From: Eledone cirrhosa
Taxonomy: Eukaryota
DNA: 64,000 nt
Direction: 5' to 3'
Assembly (NCBI GenBank): GCA_964016885.1
Contig: OZ024742.1
Span: 214,582,001 to 214,646,000, forward strand
Part shown: piece after piece, positions 40,270 to 54,799 of the stretch
Numbering within the stretch: position 1 is the first letter of the stretch
Layout of the letters: each line of letters opens with the position of its first letter
Program-made: the position numbers and the translations under genes
Notes under the pieces: generated by a model
Database searches by the model: none
What the model was told of the DNA's origin: nothing
What the model saw: the letters and a program-made list of their open reading frames with translations, nothing else

Positions 40270-42895
40270 TTTAATATATACATGCACGCATCCATATACG
40301 TACATACACATGCATACGCGAAAACACCCGCGATTCGGTATCCAAATACAGGCACGTACACAAAATCCCGCACCACATACAAAAACCCACGCAACGCCTT
40401 TACACGCACACGTACGAACGTATACACCAAATACACATAAAACATATATTAAAAAAATATATATATGCGTGTGTGTGTGTGTGCGTGTATACATATAATT
40501 ATATAAACGTTTATAAATATACACACATAAGTACATATATAACGCGTCACACACATACCTACATGTAAATACACATATGTTCGCTAAACGTACGTCAACC
40601 AAACCACAAAGTACACATATACACACACACCCTACATACGTGCAAACCCGCATACACACACAAACTCAAACCTCGCGTATACACATAACTATATACATAT
40701 GTACCAGTATATAATATATAATATATAGGCCTATAACAAATACAAGCAAATATACGTACGAGAAAGTATACGTACCTTCGCAAAACATACAGGTAATATA
40801 TACTTACCTATACAAATAAGTAATGGTATAAACATAAAATATACTTAGCTACCACATCAAGACATACATTATCCGCGTATAGTTCGTACTATCCGCTAGG
40901 GTATAATGTGGGGTTGTAATACAGGAAAGTTTTGTGCAATTTATGTTTACAAGCTGAAATTGCCTCAGATGTGTTGTTTAAGATATGGTCATTGGCGTAG
41001 AGTATTCCCAGGGCTTCACCGGCGCAGAGGTCACATGGTCTTTTATTTCCGTTATACGATCTAGCTTTAGATAGGATCTCTCAGTGTAACCTATATTGGG
41101 TGTGGTTGTCTTTTAGACTCCAGACATAAGCTGAAAGTGACGTCATATTCCTTCTTAATGGGTTAAGAAAAAAAGGGGTATGCATGTAAAGATGTTGCTT
41201 GAATCTATCGGTGGTTAACCCTATGTAGGCCCTATGTGACGTGGATGTTTCAACCTTATATTTGTAGACAATGTTACTAGAGAGGCATTTTCCGGATAGG
41301 GGGCAGTCAACCCGATTCCTACAATTACAGTTACTACTAGCTACCGGGTTACACGTGTTTCTACGGCTAGGTAATTTTGCTAAATTTAAAGCAGTGATGT
41401 TATGTGCAAGTTTAGGCGTCTTAGAGTAAGACATTTTAATGGTATTTCTATTAAAAATGTTATTATATTTATGTGCTGGGGGAAATGCTTCATAATAAGG
41501 GAGAGAAAGATCTAATGATGTGGCCACCTCCATATTATATGGTCGGTTATACCATATAATGCGTCGGGACTATTTTTGCTAGGTCTATGCTCATACTCGG
41601 TATATACTACCTAATCGACAAATCCACTCCGAGCAAAAGCTTCATTGTAATATGTGGAATGGTCAGTGAAAATATGCTCGTTTGTAGATAGACGGGAAAG
41701 CCTCAAAGAAACGTTTCTTACCAGGTTCTTGGTTATGCTGGCAGGAAGGTTAGAATGCTTACTTATGTAATTAAACGTATCATTCGGCTTGCTATACGGG
41801 TATTGCAAGCCATTCGACAAATTGAGGGTAACGTCGAGGTAATTATCGACCGAGAGGTTGGCCTCAACCTGTATGGAGACGTTGAAGCCTTTAAAGAAGG
41901 ATATGAGTTCTTTTCTAAACCTGTCGCAAGCGCGTGGACCGCACTTTGTCAGGGTCAAAAGACCGTCATCACGGTACAAACCACCGCCCACGTTGGTGAA
42001 TTCTTCCTTGATAGAGAAAAGAAGGAAAAGGCCGATAAGATCAGTAACCTCCGCAGAATCGCTGGCACCGATTCTTACGTCGAATGGGGTACTATTAGAT
42101 TTTTTAATCCAAATAGAGTCGTAGAAATTAATCACCGACTTACGGGCATTGAGGATGACATCAATTTCGAAATCCTTAACCACCGTGTGCGTTTTAGCGA
42201 AATTGATAGCTCTAAGAAGAAGTGGTAAACTGATGGAGGATTAGTAATTATTGATATCGAATTGAATAAAACAGCAACGTTCCTTGTTGCATATGCCGTT
42301 GAACCGATCAATCACCGCGAAAGAATTGTCCAACAGTGCAAGAGGGGCCAAGCTTCTAATTTCAGGTATAATTCTATCTAAAATCCTTTTACTAAGATAC
42401 CTAAATCGGACTTCGTACGGTTAATAAACCGAATAGAGGGATTGTTCGGGAAATTGGATTTGTGATCCTTCAGAGTAAAGTGGGGAGAAAAAGGGTCCAG
42501 AGGTTCGGTCGGGTCCATGATGTTGAGATCAGAGGTGATTTTAAACCCAGCATCGTTGATGTCATTAATGAAACTCTGATTAGTTTTACGGTAATCCTTA
42601 GTTACAGCATTATGTAGCAGTTGATGGTAAGTACTGCGCTCCACTTGATATAGATTGCCAGTTTTGTCGGAGTGGACGTGCAGGGCATTAGAATCCTTAA
42701 TAGAACGAATTCTGTTTTTCAGGTCGTGCTGGAAGGAATTGCTCCTATTCCGAAATTTGATACTCCGTATGATTTCCAAGACATCATTTTCGAAGAGTAG
42801 CAATGGTGGGTTACCCGGAGGGTTATTGTAGGTTTTAAATCCACATTTATCCTGTTTATTGTGCGCTTTTTCCTGGTTATCTTTGCTTAAACTTT
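40270..42895 (-). mobile_element. Decayed Naiad-like PLE, nearly full ORF
   Basis: HSDKTGNLY, LKDHK, GASDSAEVTDLIG, GGLYRDD, NYLDVTL, CNCRNRVDCPL and IVYKY..AYIGLT. Confidence 0.9.
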
Positions 42896-43002
42896 AATGT
42901 GTTATTTTAATAAATATTTGCACTACGCTTCTTATATATTTGAAATATATTTATCATTATCGAGCCCTCTTTGGATTTCAGTCTACAAATTTATTATTAT
43001 TA

Positions 43003-43126
<124 letters not shown>

Positions 43127-43505
43127 CGTGCGTGTTTGTACGTGTGTGTGTGTTTCCGGAAATAGAGAGCTGATATAATATATTATTTATGTACATACAA
43201 GGAACAAATGTGCTACCGAAGGTTTCAATTTTGACTATCTTTTTTAGGAATATGTAGTATAACAAAGGGAAGTTGTAGACACGCAATGAATTCAACGGAT
43301 TTCTGAAAGTCTCCCTTGATGAAAACAATAGTGGAAATAAAAACGCTATACTTAATTTTATATGAACGTCAAAGTACGTTGTATATGAAAACAAACATTA
43401 TGTGCATCTTCAAATCTTTAATATTTTCCTAAATAATGTGGAACATAAATGAATTCCTTAATATTATAACCTTTTAAATTGTTAACATATTGCTACATAT
43501 ATATA

Positions 43506-44100
43506 CTAGCCGAGGTACCCGGCTTCGCCCGGGTGAACAGTTAAGAGAAGACGGATGAGAGAGAAAACTACTGTATTGGATGTATTATCTGGTATGAGGT
43601 GAGACCATGATGTGTCGGTGTGTGAGTGTGTGTGAGAGAGACAACCAAACAATAATACAACTTACTTATTAGGCTGGGGAGTAAACAGCCGAATAAATGT
43701 TAGCATTGGTCTTGGATTTTAAATGTTGTGAAATAACCATAGTATAATCTTTTTCAGCTCCAAAGGAAATCATCTGAAATACAGCAATATACTGCATAAA
43801 ATTGCTTCTGAAGTGTTTAGCTTCATTAATACGGTCTATAAGTAGTATATGGATAAAAGCTGGAGCGTTAATTGACTTCAAATAATATCAATTTTTCTTT
43901 GTTCTGTGAAATCAAAGACAGTAAAACGAATTTATAAATACTAACGCAATATTGTTAAACATTCCTATTGATCAAAGGATCTATAGTTTAAGCCGTTTCT
44001 AGACTTTCGTGGGACGTTACTCTCTCTCCCTCTGAATATCTAACACTTTAATTGTATCTCTCTCTGTATAACGGCCTATCTTTCACTTTCTGCTTTTCTA
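43506..44100 (-). mobile_element. Helitron fragment
   Basis: Minus-strand 3' end ACCCGGGCGAAGCCGGGT..CTAG. KHFRSNFMQYIAVFQMISFGA resembles the Helitron Rep N-terminal region. Confidence 0.7.
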
Positions 44101-44142
44101 TCTGTGTGTCGCTCTCTCTTTAGATGTGTGTGTATATTGTGT

Positions 44143-44247
<105 letters not shown>

Positions 44248-44357
44248 TGGTGTGTGTGTAGTTTTCCTGTGATTCAACCAACCAACCAACCAATAAATAT
44301 CTTTCTGTTATATGATATACATATATATTCGGATTTTGGTCTACATAATTATTATTA

Positions 44358-44392
<35 letters not shown>

Positions 44393-45409
44393 AGGGTGGT
44401 GGTGGTGGTTGGTGGGGTGTGTGGGTAAATACCGAAGAATTCGACGGAAGCGCCACAGAGTGTAACTATAGCTATTTAATATGGAAATGGCTTCTACAAG
44501 ACTAGAACTATTTCGTTCGTATGGAATCATCAAGAATGCAAAATGACATAGAGATGTCACTGATACCACGAAGGCGAGACATAGAAAAGAAGGGGAAAAT
44601 ATTCGGTACCAGCACATTTCGCAAGCCTGAGCATATAGTGATGGCCTGTATGTCACTCGGTGCATACTAAGAGATTAGTAAGGGCTTTTTTCGGAACGTT
44701 GGAACCACGAATATGGAACCAATATCTAGACGTTTGATGCGGTTCGTAAAAGAAACACCACCAGCCATGGATACGAATCATCCGACCTCCACAAGCACCC
44801 GGAAGTTAAGTAAAACTTTCATCTCTAGTTTAGGTTGCCAACATAGGGATCCTAAGAGTAAGTTGTTTCAATGTTCGTGGCTGAGGGTCGTCTTCAAAGC
44901 AGAGTCGCTTGCTAAGCGAACCCAGGTCACTAAATATGGATGTGACTGGAATTTATGATCAGTGTGGTCGGGCTAGATAAGACAAGCAGGTTAGGACCAG
45001 ATTACTGGATGTTAAACATGATCTTTCTGGCACGTAAGGATTACAGGGACTTGGACTAGAATTTAGTGAAACAAAAGTTCACCGGGGTGGGGTAGGGGGC
45101 GTCAACATCATGTGGTGGTGGCGGTGGTTGCACAAAAGAGAGATTAGAGTAATCTCGATAGGTTTTAGCAAAGAAGTAGCATTAGAGAAAATAGAAAAGG
45201 AGGGGGAGCTAGAAGCTAAGTAAGACGAGGCTATTTGTAGTGGCATTTCAACTGACGTACTAGCGGTGAGAATGGCCTTAGACTATGTCTTTAATGTGAA
45301 AAATGAAGGTTGCATTGTCAGAGTTGAGACGCTGGCTCTAAAAAGCAAGGGAACCAAAACTCCTTGATGGGGGCATGCGTTGTAACAAAATCACAATTCA
45401 GACTGACGG

Positions 45410-45790
45410 ACCGGAACGAACGCGAGCTGAACGATTCCTGAGACACGTGTCAGGGCTTTTGCCAATATATTGTTCAGCTGATCGGGGTAAGTGGGCTTCC
45501 GGAGACGGTAGCAGATTTCAATCCCTATCGCGATAACTTTGGCCGAAATTCGGGACGCACTAGTCGGCTGCACGAGGCGCAAGTCACACGGATAGTCTGC
45601 CCTCCGAGCTTTACGTAAATAAGTCAGACTTGTTCACCAATCTCTACAAAGCGCTCTATTGTAAGTGGTAGCAGAACGGGAGTATTCCCAGTTTTGTGAG
45701 ATGGGACGCAATGACGCTGATATGAAAGACGAGAACAAGATGGATACATTAGACACCCTTGGAATTTAAGATTTCGGCCAAAGTGCGAAG
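45410..45790 (+). mobile_element. Decayed Tx1-like RT N-terminal fragment
   Basis: 45650-45710 resembles 6420-6480. Confidence 0.45.
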
Positions 45791-45962
45791 TTGGCACTTT
45801 TCTAGGATTTTCTGGGGGAGCCGAAAACTTGCGCAATCACGAAAATCACAATAAGCATGAAGAAAATATATCAAGTTTTGAATAAAATTTCACTATTTTC
45901 TTTAACCCGGGCAACGCTGCTTACTTCTGTAAGCCCCTTCCCCTCTCTCTCTCACTCTCTCT

Positions 45963-46118
<156 letters not shown>

Positions 46119-46119
46119 C

Positions 46120-46279
46120 GTTTTGATTCTTCTATTTTTTCTGATTAATATGAAGCAGTGGAAACATATTCAAACAAACACACAAATACTGAGCATATAT
46201 TTCATGTAACCCATGACGTGGATTCTTTCCGCCAGGTTACACTCTAGTTTGTTGATTGCCGGGATCCACCAACACTGGA
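46120..46279 (-). repeat. Left arm of an inverted repeat whose partner is 59970-60132
   Basis: ~160-bp reverse-complement match. Confidence 0.85.
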
Positions 46280-46365
46280 GATATAATATATATATATATA
46301 TATTAAGTTACTACGGATTGAATCGGAGGTAACCACAGTAAGTAAGGTACTCAATACATAGGAGA

Positions 46366-46401
46366 GTATAACAGTTTCATTCTTGAGAAATCATCAGGAA
46401 T
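46366..46401 (-). ncRNA. HHR-like motif lacking stem I
   Basis: CUGAUGA-UUUCU(CA)AGAAU-GAAA-CUG-UU. Confidence 0.4.
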
Positions 46402-46918
46402 CTGACTGTCCAAGTAAATATGGTGGTATTTATATCTTTTCTGGTGGTAGGAGAGGGTGGGGAGTGGGATGGGTGGAGGTCATTGGTTGAAAGAAAAGGG
46501 AATTCATTAAAAATTAAATCTTTAAAGCTATAATTTATATTTAGAGTGACAAAGGAAGAAAGAATTCTGTAAACAAGTTCAAATTGGGGTGCCACTCCTT
46601 ATTTTTAAGTTTCTCTTAAGCTAACAATGCCTATATTTCAGGTGTCTATAAGATGGTTGGGGGTTAGTCATGGTGGATGGGTTTAAAGAAAAGGGAAATT
46701 CTTTAAAGGCTAATTCTTTAAAGCTCTACTTAGAGTGACACAGGCAAAGAGAATTCTATAAACCAGTTCAAATATTGGGTGCCTGTCCTTATTGGCATTT
46801 TTCTCTAAGCTATATTTCTGGTATCTACAGACACATTCACATATTCATACACGCACACATACATAAACATACAGACATACAACCATATAGAAACACATAT
46901 ACACATGTACACATATAT

Positions 46919-46952
<34 letters not shown>

Positions 46953-47503
46953 ATAGAAAGATTTGAATGGATACAGTTTAGTTGAAAGGAATTTATTGAC
47001 ACGTGTTTCTATAACAGTTACATAACCTAAAACAGCTATCTACAAACTTTTAGTTATGCAGACATTCAATATTTCAATGTTATTATTTACTGTCATTTCA
47101 TCAGAATAATATTACTGAGGACCTATTTAGTTTTTATAGAGAATATTAGGAGGGAGGGGTGAAGTTGTTAGAAGAATAGTTGAAGGAGTGGACATCCCCC
47201 AACTATATAAACCTTAATCTAGTTAGAAAAATATAAAAACAATCTCTTCTCAACATATATTAATAACCTTAAATTACCATACTAATAATGAAAAGATATG
47301 CTGATGAGAATAGGTACAAATATGCGATAATGAATGTGTCTAAAAACGTCCATAAGTATGTATATATATGTGAAAATGTATATAAATAAGTAAATATATA
47401 TATATGTTTGATGTGTATAGTTAGATGTAAGTGTATTCATGTATTAAAGTGCTTATATATATATGTATGTATGTGTGTGTATATGTATGTGTATGTATAT
47501 ATG

Positions 47504-47582
<79 letters not shown>

Positions 47583-48467
47583 GTATGTATATATGTGTAT
47601 ATGGATGTGTAAGTATGTGTATGTGTGTACACATGGACTAGAGTATGTATGTATATATGAGTGTGTCTATACGTGTGTATATAAAGATAAGTTGAGTATG
47701 AAAATGTATACACATGAGCGCGTATGTATGTATATGAATACATGTGTGTATATATATGTGTATGCATGTGTATATATATGTAAGTATGAATATGTGAATT
47801 GTGAGTATATGTATTTTGTAGAGGTGTCCAAATATATTTGTGTGTGAATGCGTGGGTGAAAGGATACGTACACTTGAAAGAAAAATTTAAGTCTGAATGT
47901 TAATTAAGTGCAAACACAAAACCAACCACGCATATCTTTACTATCTCTAATCCTTCTATAGATTTAGAAAAATAACCAATAATATATTCTATAAAAAATG
48001 TCAAAACAACAGATGGGAATCTAATTACTCACTGCCACCAAGAATTCTCACTGCTATCGAAAAACCACTCCTTCAACTATTCTTCTAACAACTTCACCCC
48101 TCCCTCCTAATATTCTCTATAAAAACTAAATAGGTCCTCAGTAATATTATTCTGATGAAATGACAGTAAATAATAACATTGAAATATTGAATGTCTGCAT
48201 AACTAAAAGTTTGTAGATAGCTGTTTTAGGTTATGTAACTGTTATAGAAACACGTGTCAATAAATTCCTTTCAACTAAACTGTATCCATTCAAATCTTTC
48301 TATTTTTCTCCGGATTACTTTTGGAACTACAACTGGAACCGTCGAGCAAACTCTACGTGAGCTGATAATCTACTGTGTGTAATATTTATATTACAACACA
48401 ACGGAAAATACTGTATATTTACCTCCTGTAAAGTCGAGCAACCCACACAGCAAACGCAACCACAACA

Positions 48468-50789
48468 ATGGAAAAACACTACCTGGATATGTCACTCAAA
48501 AACATACCAACCCAAGGTAGAAAGGAATATTTATTGAGCATGATTCAAAAAACTAATGAATTCATTCGACGTGTCAGGTGGAAAACGCTCCACTATGATA
48601 GAAGCCGTATGAACTCAACATTAGAAAGTGGTGTAAACAACAAATTCGGTTTTAGGACTTGTAAAAACCCACCCACCAACCCACTATTAGATGCATTTGA
48701 GCAGGACCTTATGAACTTAATCCTTAAAATTAAATTCAAAGGACGCAACACCAACAGCAAATTACAGAAAGATATAAAAAAACTACTGGACGACCTTAAA
48801 AACACCAAAGGAATTGTAGTAAAAGCGGACAAAACATCAAACCTGTACACTATGGATTGCACTACATACAACAACTTCATTCGAAAAGAATTACATAAAA
48901 AATATAGAAAAACGAGTGAAGTAACCCTTAAGCACATCAATGATGAGGCATGCGAAATAGTGAAAAATCTCGGAATCGAAGATAGGACAGGACCACTCTT
49001 ACCGGCGGTACCCACCTTCAATCTTAAGGACCACAAGGTAAACTTTGATAATGACCCTAAAATTAGATTAATCTGCCCCTCTAAATCAGATATAGGTAAA
49101 ATAAGCAAATATATCTTAGATAGAATCATCCCCCAAATTAAGGCTAAGGTTAACATTAAACTCTGGGGGAAGACCCAAGAAGCAATAAGATGGTTTAATA
49201 GCATTAGCAATAAGAATAAATCTAAGTTTATCCAGTTTGATATCGATGAATATTACTCATCGATATCACCTGAAACTTTGAATAGAGCCATTAAGTTTGC
49301 TAAGGATAACTCTGACCTTACAAACGATGAAATTAAGATTATATTAGAAGCTAGGAAAACTATAGTCAAATTTGAGAACAGTTATTGGGTACGTAAAGAT
49401 AGACCCTCTAACTTTGACATAACAATGGGCTCTAACGATTCGGCGGAAATAACTGATATTGTGGGGTTATTTATCGCCTTTAGACTCCAGGAAAAATTCA
49501 GCAATCTCCACGGCGGAATATACCGCGACGATGTTCTCCTCCTAGCTAAAAACCTTAATAACCAAAAACTAGAAAAACTACGCAAAGATATAAGAAAACT
49601 ACTACTCGAAATAGGACTAACTATAACATATGAATACAACCTTAAAGTAGTTAACTTCCTGGATGTCACACTCAATTTAAACTCTGGTTTGATTAAACCG
49701 TTTCATAAATTGAATGAAAATCTCAAATACGTAAATGTTGGGTCTAACCACCCCATCTCTATAATTAAATCTATCCCTAAAAATATTTCCCTTAGAATCT
49801 CGAGTCTATCTTCTAACATACAAGTATTTAAGGAACACGCCGAGTACTACGATAACGCCCTTAGTAAAGCAGGCTACCTCAACAAAATAGAGTACATAGA
49901 TGGGAACAATCAAAACACCCAAAATAAATCCCACATAGGTAGATATAATAACACAACACCAAACCACACTTACTACCATAGTATGCACACCAGTAAACCA
50001 ACAAACAAAACTAATAGAAAGCGATGCAAAGAGTACTTATGGTATAACCCCGAATACAATAGCTCCATTAGTACAAATTTACCAGTACTCTTCTTTAAAA
50101 TAATTAAAAGACATTTTCCCACATCACACAAATACCACAAAATCCTAAACCCTACCACTATAAGACTGTCATACTCTACAGCGTTAAACCTTGAACAACA
50201 CATAAAAAAGATCAATACTAGAAGGTTAAACGAAAACACTATGAACTTAAGTACAAAGAACACAAAAAAAACAGTAGACAATACACTACAGAACATAAAT
50301 AAACCACACCTAAGTTCGTCCGCAATACTACTCCAGAGAAAACCCAACGTACACAACTGTAACTGCACCTATCCTGACAACTGCCCCCTCGGCAATAACT
50401 GCCTCGAAAAAAATATTATTTATAAGTGTACCATTAAATCCGGAGGCAACGAGTGGTATTACGTGGGATCAACGGCAACATCGTTTAAATCTCGATTGTA
50501 TAGGCATTCTTACTCAATAAAACACCAGAGCCAAAGAAATTTAACAACTTTAGCAGAAAAAGCTTGGACGCTCAGGGATAGCGACCAAAAGTTTACCCTA
50601 AAATGGGAAAAATTAGCTAAAACCCAAAGCTTTTCCAGGAGCCAAAATTTCTGCAAATTGTGTAATCTTGAGATTTATTACATAATCACACACAAGAAGA
50701 AACTGCTGAATAACAGAATTGAACGAACATTATTCTGCCGTCACAGAACTAAAACCCTTTTTTCCCACTACAAGCCGAATATTACATAA
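48468..50789 (+). CDS. Intact PLE polyprotein, 773 aa: reverse transcriptase + C-terminal GIY-YIG endonuclease
   Basis: KADK, RLICP, FDIDEYYSSI, MGSNDSAEI, YRDD, NFLDVTL, CNC..CPL..C, IIY..YVG, R/H/E/N catalytic-type residues, CKLC and CRH. Confidence 0.95.
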   Translation: MEKHYLDMSLKNIPTQGRKEYLLSMIQKTNEFIRRVRWKTLHYDRSRMNSTLESGVNNKFGFRTCKNPPTNPLLDAFEQDLMNLILKIKFKGRNTNSKLQKDIKKLLDDLKNTKGIVVKADKTSNLYTMDCTTYNNFIRKELHKKYRKTSEVTLKHINDEACEIVKNLGIEDRTGPLLPAVPTFNLKDHKVNFDNDPKIRLICPSKSDIGKISKYILDRIIPQIKAKVNIKLWGKTQEAIRWFNSISNKNKSKFIQFDIDEYYSSISPETLNRAIKFAKDNSDLTNDEIKIILEARKTIVKFENSYWVRKDRPSNFDITMGSNDSAEITDIVGLFIAFRLQEKFSNLHGGIYRDDVLLLAKNLNNQKLEKLRKDIRKLLLEIGLTITYEYNLKVVNFLDVTLNLNSGLIKPFHKLNENLKYVNVGSNHPISIIKSIPKNISLRISSLSSNIQVFKEHAEYYDNALSKAGYLNKIEYIDGNNQNTQNKSHIGRYNNTTPNHTYYHSMHTSKPTNKTNRKRCKEYLWYNPEYNSSISTNLPVLFFKIIKRHFPTSHKYHKILNPTTIRLSYSTALNLEQHIKKINTRRLNENTMNLSTKNTKKTVDNTLQNINKPHLSSSAILLQRKPNVHNCNCTYPDNCPLGNNCLEKNIIYKCTIKSGGNEWYYVGSTATSFKSRLYRHSYSIKHQSQRNLTTLAEKAWTLRDSDQKFTLKWEKLAKTQSFSRSQNFCKLCNLEIYYIITHKKKLLNNRIERTLFCRHRTKTLFSHYKPNIT

Positions 50790-51108
50790 AAGAGGGACAT
50801 CCCCCAACTATATAAACCTTAATCTAGTTAGAAAAATATAAAAACAATCTCTTCTCAACATATATTAATAACCTTAAATTACCATACTAATAATGAAAAG
50901 ATATGCTGATGAGAATAGGTACAAATATGCGATAATGAATGTGTCTAAAAACGTCCATAAGTATGTATATATATGTGAAAATGTATATAAATAAGTAAAT
51001 ATATATATATGTTTGATGTGTATAGTTAGATGTAAGTGTATTCATGTATTAAAGTGCTTATATATATATGTATGTATGTGTGTGTATATGTATGTGTATG
51101 TATATATG

Positions 51109-51185
<77 letters not shown>

Positions 51186-52070
51186 GTATGTATATATGTG
51201 TATATGGATGTGTAAGTATGTGTATGTGTGTACACATGGACTAGAGTATGTATGTATATATGAGTGTGTCTATACGTGTGTATATAAAGATAAGTTGAGT
51301 ATGAAAATGTATACACATGAGCGCGTATGTATGTATATGAATACATGTGTGTATATATATGTGTATACATGTGTATATATATGTAAGTATGAATATGTGA
51401 ATTGTGAGTATATGTATTTTGTAGAGGTGTCCAAATATATTTGTGTGTGAATGCGTGGGTGAAAGGATACGTACACTTGAAAGAAAAATTTAAGTCTGAA
51501 TGTTAATTAAGTGCAAACACAAAACCAACCACGCATATCTTTACTATCTCTAATCCTTCTATAGATTTAGAAAAATAACCAATAATATATTCTATAAAAA
51601 ATGTCAAAACAACAGATGGGAATCTAATTACTCACTGCCACCAAGAATTCTCACTGCTATCGAAAAACCACTCCTTCAACTATTCTTCTAACAACTTCAC
51701 CCCTCCCTCCTAATATTCTCTATAAAAACTAAATAGGTCCTCAGTAATATTATTCTGATGAAATGACAGTAAATAATAACATTGAAATATTGAATGTCTG
51801 CATAACTAAAAGTTTGTAGATAGCTGTTTTAGGTTATGTAACTGTTATAGAAGCACGTGTCAATAAATTCCTTTCAACTAAACTGTATCCATTCAAATCT
51901 TTCTATTTTTCTCCGGATTACTTTTGGAACTACAACTGGAACCGTCGAGCAAACTCTACGTGAGCTGATAATCTACTGTGTGTAATATTTATATTACAAC
52001 ACAACGGAAAATACTGTATATTTACCTCCTGTAAAGTCGAGCAACCCACACAGCAAACGCAACCACAACA

Positions 52071-54393
52071 ATGGAAAAACACTACCTGGATATGTCACTC
52101 AAAAACATACCAACCCAAGGTAGAAAGGAATATTTATTGAGCATGATTCAAAAAACTAATGAATTCATTCGACGTGTCAGGTGGAAAACGCTCCACTATG
52201 ATAGAAGCCGTATGAACTCAACATTAGAAAGTGGTGTAAACAACAAATTCGGTTTTAGGACTTGTAAAAACCCACCCACCAACCCACTATTAGATGCATT
52301 TGAGCAGGACCTTATGAACTTAATCCTTAAAATTAAATTCAAAGGACGCAACACCAACAGCAAATTACAGAAAGATATAAAAAAACTACTGGACGACCTT
52401 AAAAACACCAAAGGAATTGTAGTAAAAGCGGACAAAACATCAAACCTGTACACTATGGATTGCACTACATACAACAACTTCATTCGAAAAGAATTACATA
52501 AAAAATATAGAAAAACGAGTGAAGTAACCCTTAAGCACATCAATGATGAGGCATGCGAAATAGTGAAAAATCTCGGAATCGAAGATAGGACAGGACCACT
52601 CTTACCGGCGGTACCCACCTTCAATCTTAAGGACCACAAGGTAAACTTTGATAATGACCCTAAAATTAGATTAATCTGCCCCTCTAAATCAGATATAGGT
52701 AAAATAAGCAAATATATCTTAGATAGAATCATCCCCCAAATTAAGGCTAAGGTTAACATTAAACTCTGGGGGAAGACCCAAGAAGCAATAAGATGGTTTA
52801 ATAGCATTAGCAATAAGAATAAATCTAAGTTTATCCAGTTTGATATCGATGAATATTACTCATCGATATCACCTGAAACTTTGAATAGAGCCATTAAGTT
52901 TGCTAAGGATAACTCTGACCTTACAAACGATGAAATTAAGATTATATTAGAAGCTAGGAAAACTATAGTCAAATTTGAGAACAGTTATTGGGTACGTAAA
53001 GATAGACCCTCTAACTTTGACATAACAATGGGCTCTAACGATTCGGCGGAAATAACTGATATTGTGGGGTTATTTATCGCCTTTAGACTCCAGGAAAAAT
53101 TCAGCAATCTCCACGGCGGAATATACCGCGACGATGTTCTCCTCCTAGCTAAAAACCTTAATAACCAAAAACTAGAAAAACTACGCAAAGATATAAGAAA
53201 ACTACTACTCGAAATAGGACTAACTATAACATATGAATACAACCTTAAAGTAGTTAACTTCCTGGATGTCACACTCAATTTAAACTCTGGTTTGATTAAA
53301 CCGTTTCATAAATTGAATGAAAATCTCAAATACGTAAATGTTGGGTCTAACCACCCCATCTCTATAATTAAATCTATCCCTAAAAATATTTCCCTTAGAA
53401 TCTCGAGTCTATCTTCTAACATACAAGTATTTAAGGAACACGCCGAGTACTACGATAACGCCCTTAGTAAAGCAGGCTACCTCAACAAAATAGAGTACAT
53501 AGATGGGAACAATCAAAACACCCAAAATAAATCCCACATAGGTAGATATAATAACACAACACCAAACCACACTTACTACCATAGTATGCACACCAGTAAA
53601 CCAACAAACAAAACTAATAGAAAGCGATGCAAAGAGTACTTATGGTATAACCCCGAATACAATAGCTCCATTAGTACAAATTTACCAGTACTCTTCTTTA
53701 AAATAATTAAAAGACATTTTCCCACATCACACAAATACCACAAAATCCTAAACCCTACCACTATAAGACTGTCATACTCTACAGCGTTAAACCTTGAACA
53801 ACACATAAAAAAGATCAATACTAGAAGGTTAAACGAAAACACTATGAACTTAAGTACAACGAACACAAAAAAAAACAGTAGACAATACACTACAGAACAT
53901 AAATAAACCACACCTAAGTTCGTCCGCAATACTACTCCAGAGAAAACCCAACGTACACAACTGTAACTGCACCTATCCTGACAACTGCCCCCTCGGCAAT
54001 AACTGCCTCGAAAAAAATATTATTTATAAGTGTACCATTAAATCCGGAGGCAACGAGTGGTATTACGTGGGATCAACGGCAACATCGTTTAAATCTCGAT
54101 TGTATAGGCATTCTTACTCAATAAAACACCAGAGCCAAAGAAATGTAACAACTTTAGCAGAAAAAGCTTGGACGCTCAGGGATAGCGACCAAAAGTTTAC
54201 CCTAAAATGGGAAAAATTAGCTAAAACCCAAAGCTTTTCCAGGAGCCAAAATTTCTGCAAATTGTGTAATCTTGAGATTTATTACATAATCACACACAAG
54301 AAGAAACTGCTGAATAACAGAATTGAACGAACATTATTCTGCCGTCACAGAACTAAAACCCTTTTTTCCCACTACAAGCCGAATATTACATAA
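52071..54393 (+). pseudogene. Second copy of the PLE ORF with a +1 frameshift
   Basis: A9 at 53867-53875 versus A8 at 50264-50271. Otherwise nearly identical (K>T, L>V). Confidence 0.9.
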
Positions 54394-54706
54394 CAGAGGG
54401 ACATCCCCCAACTATATAAACCTTAATCTAGTTAGAAAAATATAAAAACAATCTCTTCTCAACATATATTAATAACCTTAAATTACCATACTAATAATGA
54501 AAAGATATGCTGATGAGAATAGGTACAAATATGCGATAATGAATGTGTCTAAAAACGTCCATAAGTATGTATATATATGTGAAAATGTATATAAATAAGT
54601 AAATATATATATATGTTTGATGTGTATAGTTAGATGTAAGTGTATTCATGTATTAAAGTGCTTATATATATATGTATGTATGTGTGTGTATATGTATGTG
54701 TATGTA

Positions 54707-54799
<93 letters not shown>

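Noticed and set aside
48593-50368. Antisense ORFs within the PLE ORF
   Set aside because: They are shadow frames of the coding strand with no motifs.
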